DNA of 32,000 bases from Candidatus Saccharimonadota bacterium (GTDB lineage Bacteria; Patescibacteriota; Saccharimonadia; Saccharimonadales; Saccharimonadaceae): assembly GCA_039920285.1 (NCBI GenBank), contig JBDSDX010000001.1:690001-722000 (forward strand), in the 5' to 3' direction. The notes under the pieces were generated by a model. That model had not been told where the DNA came from. It did not search any database and was given only the letters and a program-made list of their open reading frames with translations. The position numbers and the translations under genes are program-made. Of the stretch, positions 1 through 7,467 are shown piece after piece. Every line of letters starts with the position of its first letter. Positions within the stretch are counted from its first letter, which is position 1.

Positions 1-2
1 AA

Positions 3-545
3 TACGCCGGTACCCGTCATAACACCGGTTTTATGGCATTGGATGCGTTTGGTGAAGAACATAGTGCACTCTGGAAGAACCTCGACAAATTTGATGCTCG
101 CATCGCTGAAATCGTTATTAATGGTGAAAAAGTCCTGCTCATCAAGCCATTATCTTTTTATAACGATACAGGTATAGTGGCCCGGCGCGTATTAGATTTT
201 TACAAAGCCGACCCAACCAAAGACCTCCTCGTTATTCATGACGACCTCGCGCTCCCACTCGGAACTATTCGTGTCCGAGTCAAAGGTGGCGATGCAGGTA
301 ATAACGGAGTAAAAAGCTTGACCGTCCACCTCGGACCACTCTATTCGCGTATACGTGTTGGTATTTGGACCGAACTGCGCGACCGCATGGATGATGTTAA
401 TTTTGTACTCGGTAGATTTGACTTACATGAGCAAAAAAAACTTGATACTCATATCTTTCCTCACGTCATAAAGCTAATTGATCAGTTCCTCAAAGGGACA
501 CTCGAAGCCACCAGCGACACTCTTCCCGAAATTGTGCAAACCTAG
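3..545 (+). CDS. pth: peptidyl-tRNA hydrolase, 5'-truncated by window edge
   Basis: The frame is open from nt 3: YAGTRHNTGF precedes the listed Met and supplies the N-terminal catalytic His motif. HDDLALPLGTIRVRVKGGDAGNNGVKS matches the Pth core signature. Confidence 0.9.
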   Translation, partial: YAGTRHNTGFMALDAFGEEHSALWKNLDKFDARIAEIVINGEKVLLIKPLSFYNDTGIVARRVLDFYKADPTKDLLVIHDDLALPLGTIRVRVKGGDAGNNGVKSLTVHLGPLYSRIRVGIWTELRDRMDDVNFVLGRFDLHEQKKLDTHIFPHVIKLIDQFLKGTLEATSDTLPEIVQT

Positions 546-551
546 GGTCCA

Positions 552-580
552 TTGACTTTTCATCTGTTGAAGATGATAAT
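552..580 (+). promoter_or_regulatory. sigma70-type promoter for ORF-A (TTGACT-17 bp-GATAAT)
   Basis: TTGACT at 552-557, a 17-bp spacer, GATAAT at 575-580. It lies directly after the pth stop. Confidence 0.45.
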
Positions 581-613
581 ACGCCACAGATTCCGTTGAG
601 AAAGCCGCCAAAA

Positions 614-640
614 AACAGCCATTCTCCGGAATGGCTGTTT
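614..640 (+). terminator. perfect 11-bp hairpin; pth terminator and/or 5'-UTR attenuator of ORF-A
   Basis: AACAGCCATTC (614-624), loop tccg, GAATGGCTGTT (629-639). An A-run precedes it and T/G follow. It lies between the ORF-A promoter and the ORF-A SD. Confidence 0.4.
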
Positions 641-658
641 GAGAAATTAAGGAAAAAC

Positions 659-1090
659 ATGACTCGCATCACCGCGCGTCACGTGCGCGAAACACTGCTT
701 GGCCCGTACTACCGTCTGCGTGCGTCGATTAATGAACGACGCGAGCACAACAATGCCATGCGCGAACTCAAAGATGATGAGCGTATGCAAGCAAGCGAGA
801 AGAAGATTGCGGAAACAGAGAGACTCCGCAGGCTTGTTGATACGACCATTCCCGGTCTTATCGGGCAGTGTTCCGGTGTTCTCGAAGCCGCGAATTACGG
901 TGGTAAACACTGGCATCTCGGCCACGTCTATGACATCGGGTTCGTGTATCTGATCCAAGACGGCACGATCGCGACAGAAATCACGTCGACGAAGGCGACA
1001 GTCCCTCTCGGCGCGCTCAACTACCGTCAAGCAAGCGACTTGCATACACACCTAACTGCGATGCTCACGAGCGCACGCAGCAGGGTATAA
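659..1090 (+). CDS. hypothetical protein ORF-A (143 aa from ATG 659), GC3-rich orphan
   Basis: ATG 659 is preceded by AAGGAAAAAC. The track ORF starts at TTG 596, inside the hairpin region. Promoter upstream, strong terminator downstream. No motif recognised. Confidence 0.6.
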   Translation: MTRITARHVRETLLGPYYRLRASINERREHNNAMRELKDDERMQASEKKIAETERLRRLVDTTIPGLIGQCSGVLEAANYGGKHWHLGHVYDIGFVYLIQDGTIATEITSTKATVPLGALNYRQASDLHTHLTAMLTSARSRV

Positions 1091-1117
1091 GCCTCTCGCC
1101 GAGTACTCCTCTCAAAC

Positions 1118-1156
1118 AGTAGCCCCCGTCATTACGACGGGGGCTACTTCAATTTT
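1118..1156 (+). terminator. rho-independent terminator of ORF-A
   Basis: 13-bp stem AGTAGCCCCCGTC (1118-1130) pairs with GACGGGGGCTACT (1136-1148), followed by TCAATTTT. Confidence 0.7.
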
Positions 1157-1176
1157 GACAGATTATTTTTCCAACT

Positions 1177-1549
1177 AAAAAGGCACCAGGTAAGGGTGGG
1201 CATCACCTGGTGCCATTTTACCCTTTAACCCACCCGAGTTTTATCAGCGAAGCGTACGCGATCGATAGAAATGTATGATGCGCGCCTGACTCACCGAAGT
1301 GGGTCACTACTGTATAGTCGCTAATCGATAAAACCTGTAGGGTCCAACCCCGAAGGGAAGGTGTTAAAGGGATTAGTATTCATACAAAGCTGGTCTCTCG
1401 AGAGAGAGCCCATAAAGTGGAGGGTAGTTACTATACAGGCACCTTGTATGAAACCTAACATAGAGTGATACCCCAATAAAAAATTAAGATATCACAGTTA
1501 GAATAGGGGGTATAAGGTGCTTGGTCATCCTCGCAGGAACGACCAATCA
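1177..1549 (-). ncRNA. candidate ~370-nt structured RNA of unassigned family
   Basis: No credible ORF in the gap. The - strand has a strong promoter (1584-1556). A terminator stem (1214-1206 / 1190-1182) plus UUUUU (1181-1177) closes it. Two C(UUCG)G tetraloop hairpins are readable only on the - strand. Several other helices are present. Confidence 0.55.
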
Positions 1550-1555
1550 TCATGC

Positions 1556-1584
1556 ATTCTAGCACTTGTTTGACTAAATGTCAA
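1556..1584 (-). promoter_or_regulatory. promoter of the candidate ncRNA (TTGACA-17 bp-TGcTAGAAT)
   Basis: On the - strand: TTGACA at 1584-1579, a 17-bp spacer, TAGAAT at 1561-1556 with an extended-10 TG. Confidence 0.6.
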
Positions 1585-1612
1585 TACTTATCTCAGGGTG
1601 AACATAAAGTAG

Positions 1613-2470
1613 ATGAAAATCAAGCGAAGCATAACAGGAATGGAACCGTATCTTCAACTTTTGAAGCACCTTTCGCATGCTCCAACGCAACTCTATATCA
1701 GTGGAACATTACCCGAAGAACGTCGACCCTCAGTCGCTATTGTCGGAACACGCAAACCAACTACGTACGGTAGGGAAGTGAGTTACGATTTAGCTTACAC
1801 ACTTGCTCGCAAAGGTGTTGTTATCATTAGTGGACTCGCCCTCGGTGTCGACGCCCTTGCTCACAGGGGAGCGTTGGATGCAGGCGGGGTGACTATTGCC
1901 GTTCTTGCAAACGGATTAGATGAAATATATCCAGCAACTCATCTGTCATTAGCCAAAGAAATCATTAAGAAGGGTGGGGTATTAGTCAGTGAATACGAGC
2001 CTGGCGTCAAAGCCCGCGATTTTCAGTTTCTCGCCCGCAACAGGATCGTGAGTGGCCTCTCTGACGCAGTCGTCGTCACAGAGGCAGCAGAACGTAGCGG
2101 GACCCTTTCAACCGTCAACCATGCACTTGATCAAAACAAAGAGGTGTTCGCCGTCCCAGGTGCAATCACGAGCCTGCTCTCCGTAGGACCAAATCGACTC
2201 CTCAAACAAGGTGCCCATCCCGCACTCTCAGCTGATGATATCCTCGAGGTGATTGCACCCGAACTACTCATCACACAAACCCGCCTCGTGCTCGGCTCAA
2301 ATCCTCTAGAGAACAAACTCATCACACTCATAGTAGAAGGGGTGCGTGACGGTGAGCACCTCCAGCAACAATCTGGGGCCGAAACCAGCGATTTCCTTAC
2401 TGCACTGACAATGCTCGAGATCAACGGACACATCCGATCACTCGGAGCGAATCAGTGGACCCTCATATAA
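1613..2470 (+). CDS. dprA: DNA processing protein DprA/Smf
   Basis: GTRKPTTYG, SGLALGVDALAHRGALDAGG and VVVTEAAERSGTLSTVNHALDQNKEVFAVPG match the DprA Rossmann-like core. The start is ambiguous (1613 or ATG 1640). Confidence 0.9.
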   Translation: MKIKRSITGMEPYLQLLKHLSHAPTQLYISGTLPEERRPSVAIVGTRKPTTYGREVSYDLAYTLARKGVVIISGLALGVDALAHRGALDAGGVTIAVLANGLDEIYPATHLSLAKEIIKKGGVLVSEYEPGVKARDFQFLARNRIVSGLSDAVVVTEAAERSGTLSTVNHALDQNKEVFAVPGAITSLLSVGPNRLLKQGAHPALSADDILEVIAPELLITQTRLVLGSNPLENKLITLIVEGVRDGEHLQQQSGAETSDFLTALTMLEINGHIRSLGANQWTLI

Positions 2471-2581
2471 TAAAGTGGTACGCTACATATAATTCTGAGA
2501 CGCGCACGCATCCAGCCCACACAAGAGGTATGTCAGCTCCGGAAGGTAGCTTGACAGACCCTGCAAGAGAATGAGAGAACC

Positions 2582-2950
2582 ATGACACATCTTGACGATT
2601 TTTACACCGTCACCGGCATTCGTTTCCAGTACTGGGGCGTGATGCAAGTTCCACCCGACGGTACCGTGAGGTCACCGGAGCCCATCAGCTTCAAACACGG
2701 ACTCCTGTTGCGTCGAAGTCTTCGCTACGAAGACGACGTCGCACGCACACACCTGACCTACCCGGCCACCATCCACCGCACCCAGCTCGACGACAAGTTG
2801 TCGCCCCCCGGAGAAGTTGCGGAGGACGAGAAGGTGCTGCACTTCTGGTACATCGATGGAGCGACACAGGAAGATCTCGATGCTTTCGCAGCACACGTCT
2901 TTGAGACGTTGCTCGAGCACGAGTTCAGCGGCACCCTCCAGCTCTTCTAG
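2582..2950 (+). CDS. hypothetical acidic protein ORF-B (122 aa), GC3-rich orphan
   Basis: Third codon positions are strongly G/C in this frame. A terminator follows. The opposite-strand ORF 2672-3085 crosses that terminator and is treated as a shadow. Confidence 0.6.
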   Translation: MTHLDDFYTVTGIRFQYWGVMQVPPDGTVRSPEPISFKHGLLLRRSLRYEDDVARTHLTYPATIHRTQLDDKLSPPGEVAEDEKVLHFWYIDGATQEDLDAFAAHVFETLLEHEFSGTLQLF

Positions 2951-2967
2951 CAAGTCAGTCAAGCGAT

Positions 2968-3008
2968 CCGGCCGTCCCTTTCCAGGGGCGACCGGCGCTT
3001 TACTTTTT
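2968..3008 (+). terminator. rho-independent terminator of ORF-B
   Basis: CCGGCCGTCCC (2968-2978) pairs with GGGGCGACCGG (2985-2995), 10 of 11 bp, then CGCTTTACTTTTT. Confidence 0.55.
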
Positions 3009-3027
3009 AGACATAAAATGATATAAT
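2999..3027 (+). promoter_or_regulatory. promoter of ORF-C (TTTACT-17 bp-TATAAT)
   Basis: TTTACT at 2999-3004, a 17-bp spacer, TATAAT at 3022-3027. Confidence 0.5.
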
Positions 3028-3054
3028 TGTATTTAAGCGTGAGCCAACATTCAT

Positions 3055-3444
3055 ATGTCAGGCTCCGCACGGACCCCTGACCCAACCCGCCTTGGAGGCA
3101 TTGTGATCACCATCACAGAGATTGCCGTATACGGCACACCTAACGGATCGTCGTCAACGCGACACTCCGTCAAGTACGTCTCATACAACACGACCGAGGA
3201 TGAGCTCAAATTGCTCATTTCGAACGTCATGACGCGTGATGACCCAATCGAGGACCTCGTCCAGCTGGACTACAACCTCGAAGAAGGCTATGCCACCCTC
3301 ATGGTGCATGTCGACTACATGGTCACCCGCAAGAAGATCATTCCGAACGGTTTTTTCACCGAAGAGGAAGAAGTCCGTCTCACCGAAATCCTGCACGAAG
3401 TGCGCATCATGCTCGAACAGCTCGGCACCGCGCCCAAAAGCTAG
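3055..3444 (+). CDS. hypothetical acidic protein ORF-C (129 aa), GC3-rich orphan
   Basis: GC3-rich frame with promoter upstream and terminator downstream. ATG 3055 has no SD. In-frame GTG 3103 follows GGAGG (3094-3098), so the start is uncertain. Confidence 0.6.
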   Translation: MSGSARTPDPTRLGGIVITITEIAVYGTPNGSSSTRHSVKYVSYNTTEDELKLLISNVMTRDDPIEDLVQLDYNLEEGYATLMVHVDYMVTRKKIIPNGFFTEEEEVRLTEILHEVRIMLEQLGTAPKS

Positions 3445-3467
3445 AAGGGAAGACTCAGGGGTTGTAT

Positions 3468-3500
3468 GCCGTCACGCAAGTGACGGCTTCAACTTTCTTC
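3468..3500 (+). terminator. rho-independent terminator of ORF-C
   Basis: GCCGTCAC (3468-3475), GNRA loop GCAA, GTGACGGC (3480-3487), then TTCAACTTTCTTC. Confidence 0.7.
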
Positions 3501-3505
3501 AGGCA

Positions 3506-3534
3506 TTTACAAATAGCGTTTGTTTGTGTAAAGT
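3506..3534 (+). promoter_or_regulatory. possible topA promoter (TTTACA-17 bp-TAAAGT)
   Basis: TTTACA at 3506-3511, a 17-bp spacer, TAAAGT at 3529-3534. Confidence 0.4.
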
Positions 3535-3577
3535 CAGCCATTGTGTTTAGCTGGATAAGCAACCACAACCAGAATTT

Positions 3578-5884
3578 ATGCCAAAAAACCTAGTCATCGT
3601 CGAGTCCCCAGCCAAAGCGAAAACCATCGAGAAATACCTTGGTAAGGACTTTCAAGTACTCTCAAGTATCGGTCACATCCGTTCCATTGCCAAGAAGACA
3701 AAGACTGGCACACCACCGATTGACGTTGAGCACGATTTCGCGACGACATACGAAGTTGACCCTGATAAAAAGAAAACTATCACCGAGCTAAAGAAAGCCG
3801 TCAAAGCCACCGAGCAAGTGTGGTTGGCGACTGATGAAGACCGTGAAGGAGAAGCTATCGCCTGGCACCTTTGTGAGGTCCTCGGCCTTGATCCACTCAC
3901 CACAAAGCGTATTGTATTCCATGAAATCACGAAATCTGCGATTGAAGAGGCTGTTAAAGACCCTCGCACTGTTGATATGCAACTCGTCCAAGCCCAACAA
4001 GCCCGTCAAATACTTGACCGCCTTGTTGGTTTTGAACTCTCACCAGTCATCTGGCAAAAAGTTCCTGGTGGCAAATCTGCTGGTCGTGTCCAATCTCCAG
4101 CCGTTCGTCTCTTGGTTGAACGTGAACGTGAAATCGATGCTTTCGAAGGCTCATTCCAATTCCGCGTCACTGCTGAGTTCACAGATAAAGACGGGACAGT
4201 CCGAGCTGAACTACCACAACGTTTCGATACTGAGAAAGAAGCCGAAGACTTTCTTGCGAGCTTAAAAGATGCGACATTTACTGTTTCAAACATTGTAACT
4301 AGTCCTGCAACCCGAAATCCAGGCCCTCCATTCACTACCAGCACCCTCCAACAAGAAGCGAACTCAAAACTAGGCTTCGGTGCCCGTGCGACCATGTCGA
4401 GCGCTCAGAAGCTCTATCAAGAAGGTAAAATTACCTACATGCGTACCGACTCGGTCAACCTGAGCGGTCAAGCGATTGCTGCAGCTAAAGAATTTATTAC
4501 TTCGAAATTCGGTCCTGAATATTCAACTGTTCGTCAATTTAAAACCAAAAATGCCAGCGCCCAAGAAGCCCACGAAGCAATTCGTCCAACTGACATGTCT
4601 CTTGAAAAGGGAAGCGGTAGTGAATATGATCAAAAAATTTATGCACTGATTCGTAATCGCGCGCTCTCGAGCCAAATGTCTCCCGCAAAACTGGAACGAA
4701 CCACTGCGACTATTACCATCAGCACCTCAAAACTTTCATTTGAAGCCAAGGGTGAAGTCATTATCTTCGATGGTTTCTTGAAAGTCTACGGAGCTGGCAA
4801 AAAAGACCCAGATATTCTGCCTCCTCTCGAATCTGGCCAGACTCTCGACCTCGAAACAGCCACTGCCAAGCAGACATTTTCACGTCCACCAGCTCGATTT
4901 ACCGAGGGTAGTCTCGTGAAAAAGCTTGAAGAACTCGGCATCGGCCGGCCTTCAACCTACGCCACCATTATCAACACTATTCAAGTCCGCGATTATGCGG
5001 TCAAGGGTGAAGATGAAGGCAAAGAACGCGACATTATTACCTTTACGGTCACTTCTAAAACAGATGTCACTCGTGAAATTTTGAAAGAGAAAACAGGTTC
5101 TGACCGAGGAAAACTCGTGCCAACTGCTATTGGCCACATGATTGCTGACTTCTTAACCGATCACTTCCAGCAAGTTGTCGACTACGGGTTTACCGCCGAT
5201 GTTGAAGAAGACTTCGACAAAATCGCGACCGGCGCTCTTGCTCGAAACGTTATGCTTGAGAAATTCTACAAACCATTCCACACACTCATTGAAAACTCAG
5301 GCAGTATCGATCGTGCTGCGGTCGCTCAAGCCACTGAAATCGGTAAAGATCCAAAATCTGGCAAAACAATTTATGCTCGCTTTGGTCGTTTCGGTCCAAT
5401 GCTCCAGATGGGTGACACTGAGGATAAAGAAGAAAAGCCTCGCTTCGCACCTATGCCAGCCGGCGCCCGTATTGAAACGGTCACGCTCGAACAAGCACTG
5501 GTTGCATTTCAACTTCCTCGAACCGTTGGGACGACTGAAGACGGTAAAGAAATCAAAGCCAACATCGGTCGTTTTGGACCATATATCCAGATCGATAAGC
5601 TCTTTGTCAGCATCAAACCCCTTGACCCACACACTATTACATTGAAAGAATCGCTTGATCTCTATGCAGCTAAATTAAAGTCTGAGGCAGAGAAGAATAT
5701 CTCAGACTTTGGCGATGGTATCAAAGTCTTAAACGGTCGCTACGGCCCTTACATCACTGACGGCAAAAAGAACGCCAAAATCCCTAAGGACACAAAACCC
5801 GAAAAGATTACCCACGAAGAAGCCAAGAAGATGCTTGCTGATGCACCAACCGCTAAAAAACGCTTCACTCCTCGCAAGAAATAA
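3578..5884 (+). CDS. topA: DNA topoisomerase I (type IA)
   Basis: TOPRIM LVIVESPAKAKTIEKYLG and DEDREGE, and the active-site region ITYMRTDS. The C-terminus has three GRFGPY/GRYGPY repeats rather than Cys4 zinc fingers. Confidence 0.97.
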   Translation: MPKNLVIVESPAKAKTIEKYLGKDFQVLSSIGHIRSIAKKTKTGTPPIDVEHDFATTYEVDPDKKKTITELKKAVKATEQVWLATDEDREGEAIAWHLCEVLGLDPLTTKRIVFHEITKSAIEEAVKDPRTVDMQLVQAQQARQILDRLVGFELSPVIWQKVPGGKSAGRVQSPAVRLLVEREREIDAFEGSFQFRVTAEFTDKDGTVRAELPQRFDTEKEAEDFLASLKDATFTVSNIVTSPATRNPGPPFTTSTLQQEANSKLGFGARATMSSAQKLYQEGKITYMRTDSVNLSGQAIAAAKEFITSKFGPEYSTVRQFKTKNASAQEAHEAIRPTDMSLEKGSGSEYDQKIYALIRNRALSSQMSPAKLERTTATITISTSKLSFEAKGEVIIFDGFLKVYGAGKKDPDILPPLESGQTLDLETATAKQTFSRPPARFTEGSLVKKLEELGIGRPSTYATIINTIQVRDYAVKGEDEGKERDIITFTVTSKTDVTREILKEKTGSDRGKLVPTAIGHMIADFLTDHFQQVVDYGFTADVEEDFDKIATGALARNVMLEKFYKPFHTLIENSGSIDRAAVAQATEIGKDPKSGKTIYARFGRFGPMLQMGDTEDKEEKPRFAPMPAGARIETVTLEQALVAFQLPRTVGTTEDGKEIKANIGRFGPYIQIDKLFVSIKPLDPHTITLKESLDLYAAKLKSEAEKNISDFGDGIKVLNGRYGPYITDGKKNAKIPKDTKPEKITHEEAKKMLADAPTAKKRFTPRKK

Positions 5885-5913
5885 TTGACATTATTATTGT
5901 AATCTGATGTAAT
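5885..5913 (+). promoter_or_regulatory. promoter of ORF-D (TTGACA-17 bp-TGTAAT)
   Basis: TTGACA at 5885-5890, immediately after the topA stop; a 17-bp spacer; TGTAAT at 5908-5913. Confidence 0.55.
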
Positions 5914-5924
5914 ACAGACTGCGC

Positions 5925-6434
5925 ATGTGCGCATCCCCCGAAAGACAAGCGAAGGGTATTACCGTGACCACGACCATTAACCTGACACTCAAGCACGACC
6001 AGGACCGGCTCCCGCAGAGCCACATCCACATCTGCTCTCAGGAGCTGTTCGCGAAGCTTCTCGGCGTCGAGAAGTTCCCCGACAAGGTCGCCCGCGACCA
6101 GTTCTCCGTCCAATTCGTCAGCGATGCGGACTACGAGATGATGCTCGAGCTCACCCCGACATCCGTTGAGGTTGACCACGAGCAGTGGGAAACTGCCAAA
6201 CGGCTTGCCGCGGCGATCGAGACAGTCGTCGGCGGTACCGAGTTCGTCATCCGTCTGGACATCGACGGCGAACCCTGTTGGGTTCGCAACGACACGCCAG
6301 ATCTGCCGATGATCGAGCACGATCCCGAGCTACAGAACTGCTTCGACCGCATCTTGCAGCGCATGCTCGACGACGAGCACAGCTCAGTGGCGTCCGACAG
6401 CATCCACACCCTCACGGAAGTATCTTCGGCCTAA
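5925..6434 (+). CDS. hypothetical acidic protein ORF-D (169 aa), GC3-rich orphan
   Basis: GC3-rich frame with flanking promoter and terminator. ATG 5925 is only 11 nt after the -10 box. In-frame GTG 5964 has GAAGGG 7 nt upstream. Antisense ORF 5865-6320 is treated as a shadow. Confidence 0.6.
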   Translation: MCASPERQAKGITVTTTINLTLKHDQDRLPQSHIHICSQELFAKLLGVEKFPDKVARDQFSVQFVSDADYEMMLELTPTSVEVDHEQWETAKRLAAAIETVVGGTEFVIRLDIDGEPCWVRNDTPDLPMIEHDPELQNCFDRILQRMLDDEHSSVASDSIHTLTEVSSA

Positions 6435-6474
6435 CGGCCGCTTCGCGCTCGCACTGCCGCGAGTCCTTCGGGGG

Positions 6475-6530
6475 AAATCCGCGTTCGCTCTGGCATACAG
6501 CCATGAGCGTCGCGGATTTTCGCTTTTCTG
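6475..6530 (+). terminator. long composite hairpin terminator of ORF-D
   Basis: AAATCCGCG (6475-6483) pairs with CGCGGATTT (6511-6519). Inner helices CGCTC/GAGCG and TGGC/GCCA. Followed by TCGCTTTTCT. Confidence 0.65.
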
Positions 6531-6551
6531 GACACCCAGCACTCGGGGATA

Positions 6552-6580
6552 TGGACATTTTATGTTACTTATGCTATAAT
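6552..6580 (+). promoter_or_regulatory. promoter of ORF-E (TGGACA-17 bp-TATAAT)
   Basis: TGGACA at 6552-6557, a 17-bp spacer, TATAAT at 6575-6580. Confidence 0.6.
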
Positions 6581-6648
6581 ATACATCAAGTTCGCCAAAA
6601 CGGACCAGCGCGAGCAATCGCGCCCTTTCTACTGCAAGGAAGTACCTT

Positions 6649-7152
6649 ATGCCCACCATTACCGCCCGAGTTATGGAGAGCTCTATCGACCTCGTCGATG
6701 ACCTCCGTCTCTACCTGGGTGTTTCCGTCCCGGAAGCGCTCAGTACCAAGCGTCACCTCCTCAAAAAGGGGAGTATCAACGTCATGTGGGTCGCTGTCGA
6801 TAACAACGACCAGAACGTCGACATCCTCATTGAGGTGAAGGCTATGTGGGACATCCGTCGCTGGCTAACCCGCAACAAGCGGACCGTCCAGATCCGGAAC
6901 TACCTCGAGGTCTCGCTAGCAAAGCGAAGCATGAAGGCACACCGTTCGACCGTTGCGGTTGAACTGCACCTCTCGATGTCGGCCTACGCCGGCACCGGCT
7001 ACAATCCCGACGGCTTCCACACCACGCTAATCCCAGTCACTGATTGGGAGGAGATTGGCGACGGCGAGTTAGTCCAGTCATACGGCTTCCCTAAAGGGAG
7101 TTACTACGACCACGATGCCGCCGATAGCGTTGCATCCGTCGAAGTCGGCTAG
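6649..7152 (+). CDS. hypothetical protein ORF-E (167 aa), GC3-rich orphan
   Basis: SD AAGGAAG sits 8 nt upstream of ATG 6649. GC3-rich frame with own promoter and terminator. No motif recognised. Confidence 0.6.
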   Translation: MPTITARVMESSIDLVDDLRLYLGVSVPEALSTKRHLLKKGSINVMWVAVDNNDQNVDILIEVKAMWDIRRWLTRNKRTVQIRNYLEVSLAKRSMKAHRSTVAVELHLSMSAYAGTGYNPDGFHTTLIPVTDWEEIGDGELVQSYGFPKGSYYDHDAADSVASVEVG

Positions 7153-7185
7153 TTGACCGCATAACCCAACAGTAGGAAGGCATCA

Positions 7186-7236
7186 AGCCCGCGACCACCC
7201 AGCTCATGCTGGTGTGGACGCGGGCTGCTTTCTTTT
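7186..7236 (+). terminator. rho-independent terminator of ORF-E
   Basis: AGCCCGCG (7186-7193) pairs with CGCGGGCT (7219-7226), then GCTTTCTTTT. Confidence 0.6.
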
Positions 7237-7298
7237 ATGGCATAATTTTCTTTACACTAAAATGTTTATGCTTCCAACAGAGGTGGCATACCACATCT

Positions 7299-7307
7299 TG
7301 TGGATAA
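7299..7307 (-). promoter_or_regulatory. perfect DnaA box (TTATCCACA on - strand)
   Basis: TGTGGATAA is an exact match to the 9-mer consensus. It lies 20 bp upstream of the distal promoter of the sigma-like gene. Confidence 0.4.
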
Positions 7308-7326
7308 CTAAAGCCTCACAACACTA

Positions 7327-7357
7327 TTTACAGCGTATGTCTATTTCATGCTATAAT
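7327..7357 (+). promoter_or_regulatory. distal promoter of sigma-like operon (TTTACA-19 bp-TGcTATAAT)
   Basis: TTTACA at 7327-7332 and an extended -10 TGCTATAAT ending at 7357. The spacer is long (19 bp). Confidence 0.4.
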
Positions 7358-7377
7358 GAAGTTAATCTATAAAATGT

Positions 7378-7406
7378 TTGACATTATTCCAACTATCTTG
7401 TATAAT
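7378..7406 (+). promoter_or_regulatory. proximal promoter of sigma-like operon (TTGACA-17 bp-TATAAT)
   Basis: Perfect consensus hexamers: TTGACA at 7378-7383 and TATAAT at 7401-7406, with a 17-bp spacer. Confidence 0.7.
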
Positions 7407-7467
7407 GATAAGCATATTATAAAATAATGTAATCCCTACGGTGTGGCTGGGAGGAAGACCGAGATAT

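Noticed and set aside
1177-1549. Assignment of the candidate RNA to RNase P, tmRNA, SRP RNA or 6S RNA. CAGGTAAGGGTG and GGTGTTAAAGGG superficially resemble E. coli RNase P CR-II.
   Set aside because: There is no GGAAAGUCC (P4 5' strand) and no ACAGAA...GGCUUA on either strand. There is no tRNA-like T-arm or CCA end, and no GGAA-tetraloop/AGCAGCC SRP motif. The RNase P-like words occur in the wrong order. The family is left unassigned.
1155-1549. Plus-strand orientation for the intergenic RNA (TTGACA at 1155-1160), and a 32-codon ORF on the minus strand starting at ATG 1548.
   Set aside because: The plus-strand -10 is poor, and the tetraloops read CGAA rather than UUCG. The minus-strand ATG lies only 2 nt after the -10 box, so it would be upstream of the TSS. 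It also has no SD.
1552-1773. 73-aa plus-strand ORF overlapping the dprA start.
   Set aside because: It is out of frame with a well-supported dprA and begins inside the divergent promoter region.
5865-6838. Long ORFs 5865-6320 (-) and 6185-6838 (+, Arg-rich, 217 aa) overlapping ORF-D and ORF-E. The same applies to 647-1051 (-) and 2672-3085 (-).
   Set aside because: These are shadow or off-frame ORFs typical of GC3-rich genes. They run through terminator hairpins and promoters and have Arg/Ser/Pro-biased composition. The chosen frames have the G/C third-position periodicity and the matching promoter and terminator signals.
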